Of a stretch of 64,000 bases of DNA, positions 63,897 through 64,000 are shown piece after piece. The notes below the pieces were generated by a model, which worked only from the letters and a program-made list of their open reading frames with translations, made no database searches and was not told where the DNA came from. The first letter of the stretch is position 1. Each line of letters opens with the position of its first letter. Position numbers and translations under genes: made by a program. The stretch is from contig NC_134031.1 of NCBI RefSeq assembly GCF_964204645.1, positions 6,634,001 through 6,698,000 on the forward strand. The letters run 5' to 3'. This DNA is from Tubulanus polymorphus (Eukaryota > Animalia > Nemertea).

Positions 63897-64000
63897 ATGG
63901 CTTCTGCAATTATAACTATTATAGGATCGGCAATTGTTAACGCTTTAGCATTTACTGGTGGTGGTTATTTATTTAAACATATTGAAAAAAAATAGTTCAT
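63897..64000 (+). CDS. Small conserved Polinton/adintovirus protein (N-terminus)
   Basis: MASAIITIIGSAIVNALAFTGGGYLF; longer copy at 35788-35988. Confidence 0.65.

Larger units (their letters stand above)
56087..64000 (+). mobile_element. Polinton/Maverick (adintovirus-like) endogenous virus, left arm; continues beyond the window
   Basis: Homology to the GPCR upstream region ends at an AGTAATTG terminus. pPolB, minor capsid and compact AT-rich intronless ORFs follow. Confidence 0.92.

Noticed and set aside
56087-64000. Integrated giant virus (NCLDV) fragment or bacteriophage
   Set aside because: The polymerase is of the protein-primed Polinton type, with an AGT terminus and a Polinton-like minor capsid gene. 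Only the intein and the VLTF3-like gene look NCLDV-related.

Overview
AT-rich eukaryotic (metazoan, probably marine invertebrate) DNA made almost entirely of mobile elements and segmental duplications. Host content: four copies of an intronless rhodopsin-family, FMRFamide-receptor-like GPCR (two complete, one cut by the window edge, one truncated by an LTR element) and three pseudogenic kringle-domain fragments. From 56087 to the window end lies the left arm of a Polinton/Maverick (adintovirus-like) endogenous virus. Its disrupted protein-primed PolB carries a ~355-aa Ser-start intein with two LAGLIDADG-like motifs inserted in the catalytic YxD|TDS motif. Next to it are a poxvirus VLTF3-like late transcription factor, a minor capsid protein and small conserved ORFs, most starting at a TAAATG motif. 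Several degenerate relatives of this virus (1.6-4.6, 7.8-8.7, 9.7-14.6, 22.0-22.8, 32.7-36.0 kb) carry 100-420 bp AGT...ACT foldback ends. A near full-length RTEX-like LINE with a J-domain (HPD) + PHD + coiled-coil + SGNH-esterase ORF1 is nested antisense inside ORF1 of a second RTEX-like LINE; this junction was later duplicated. Copia remnants (three), a tRNA-Ala-primed non-coding LTR element and CR1/L2 fragments are also present. All calls are motif recognition by eye, with no database searches. Repeat boundaries are approximate.
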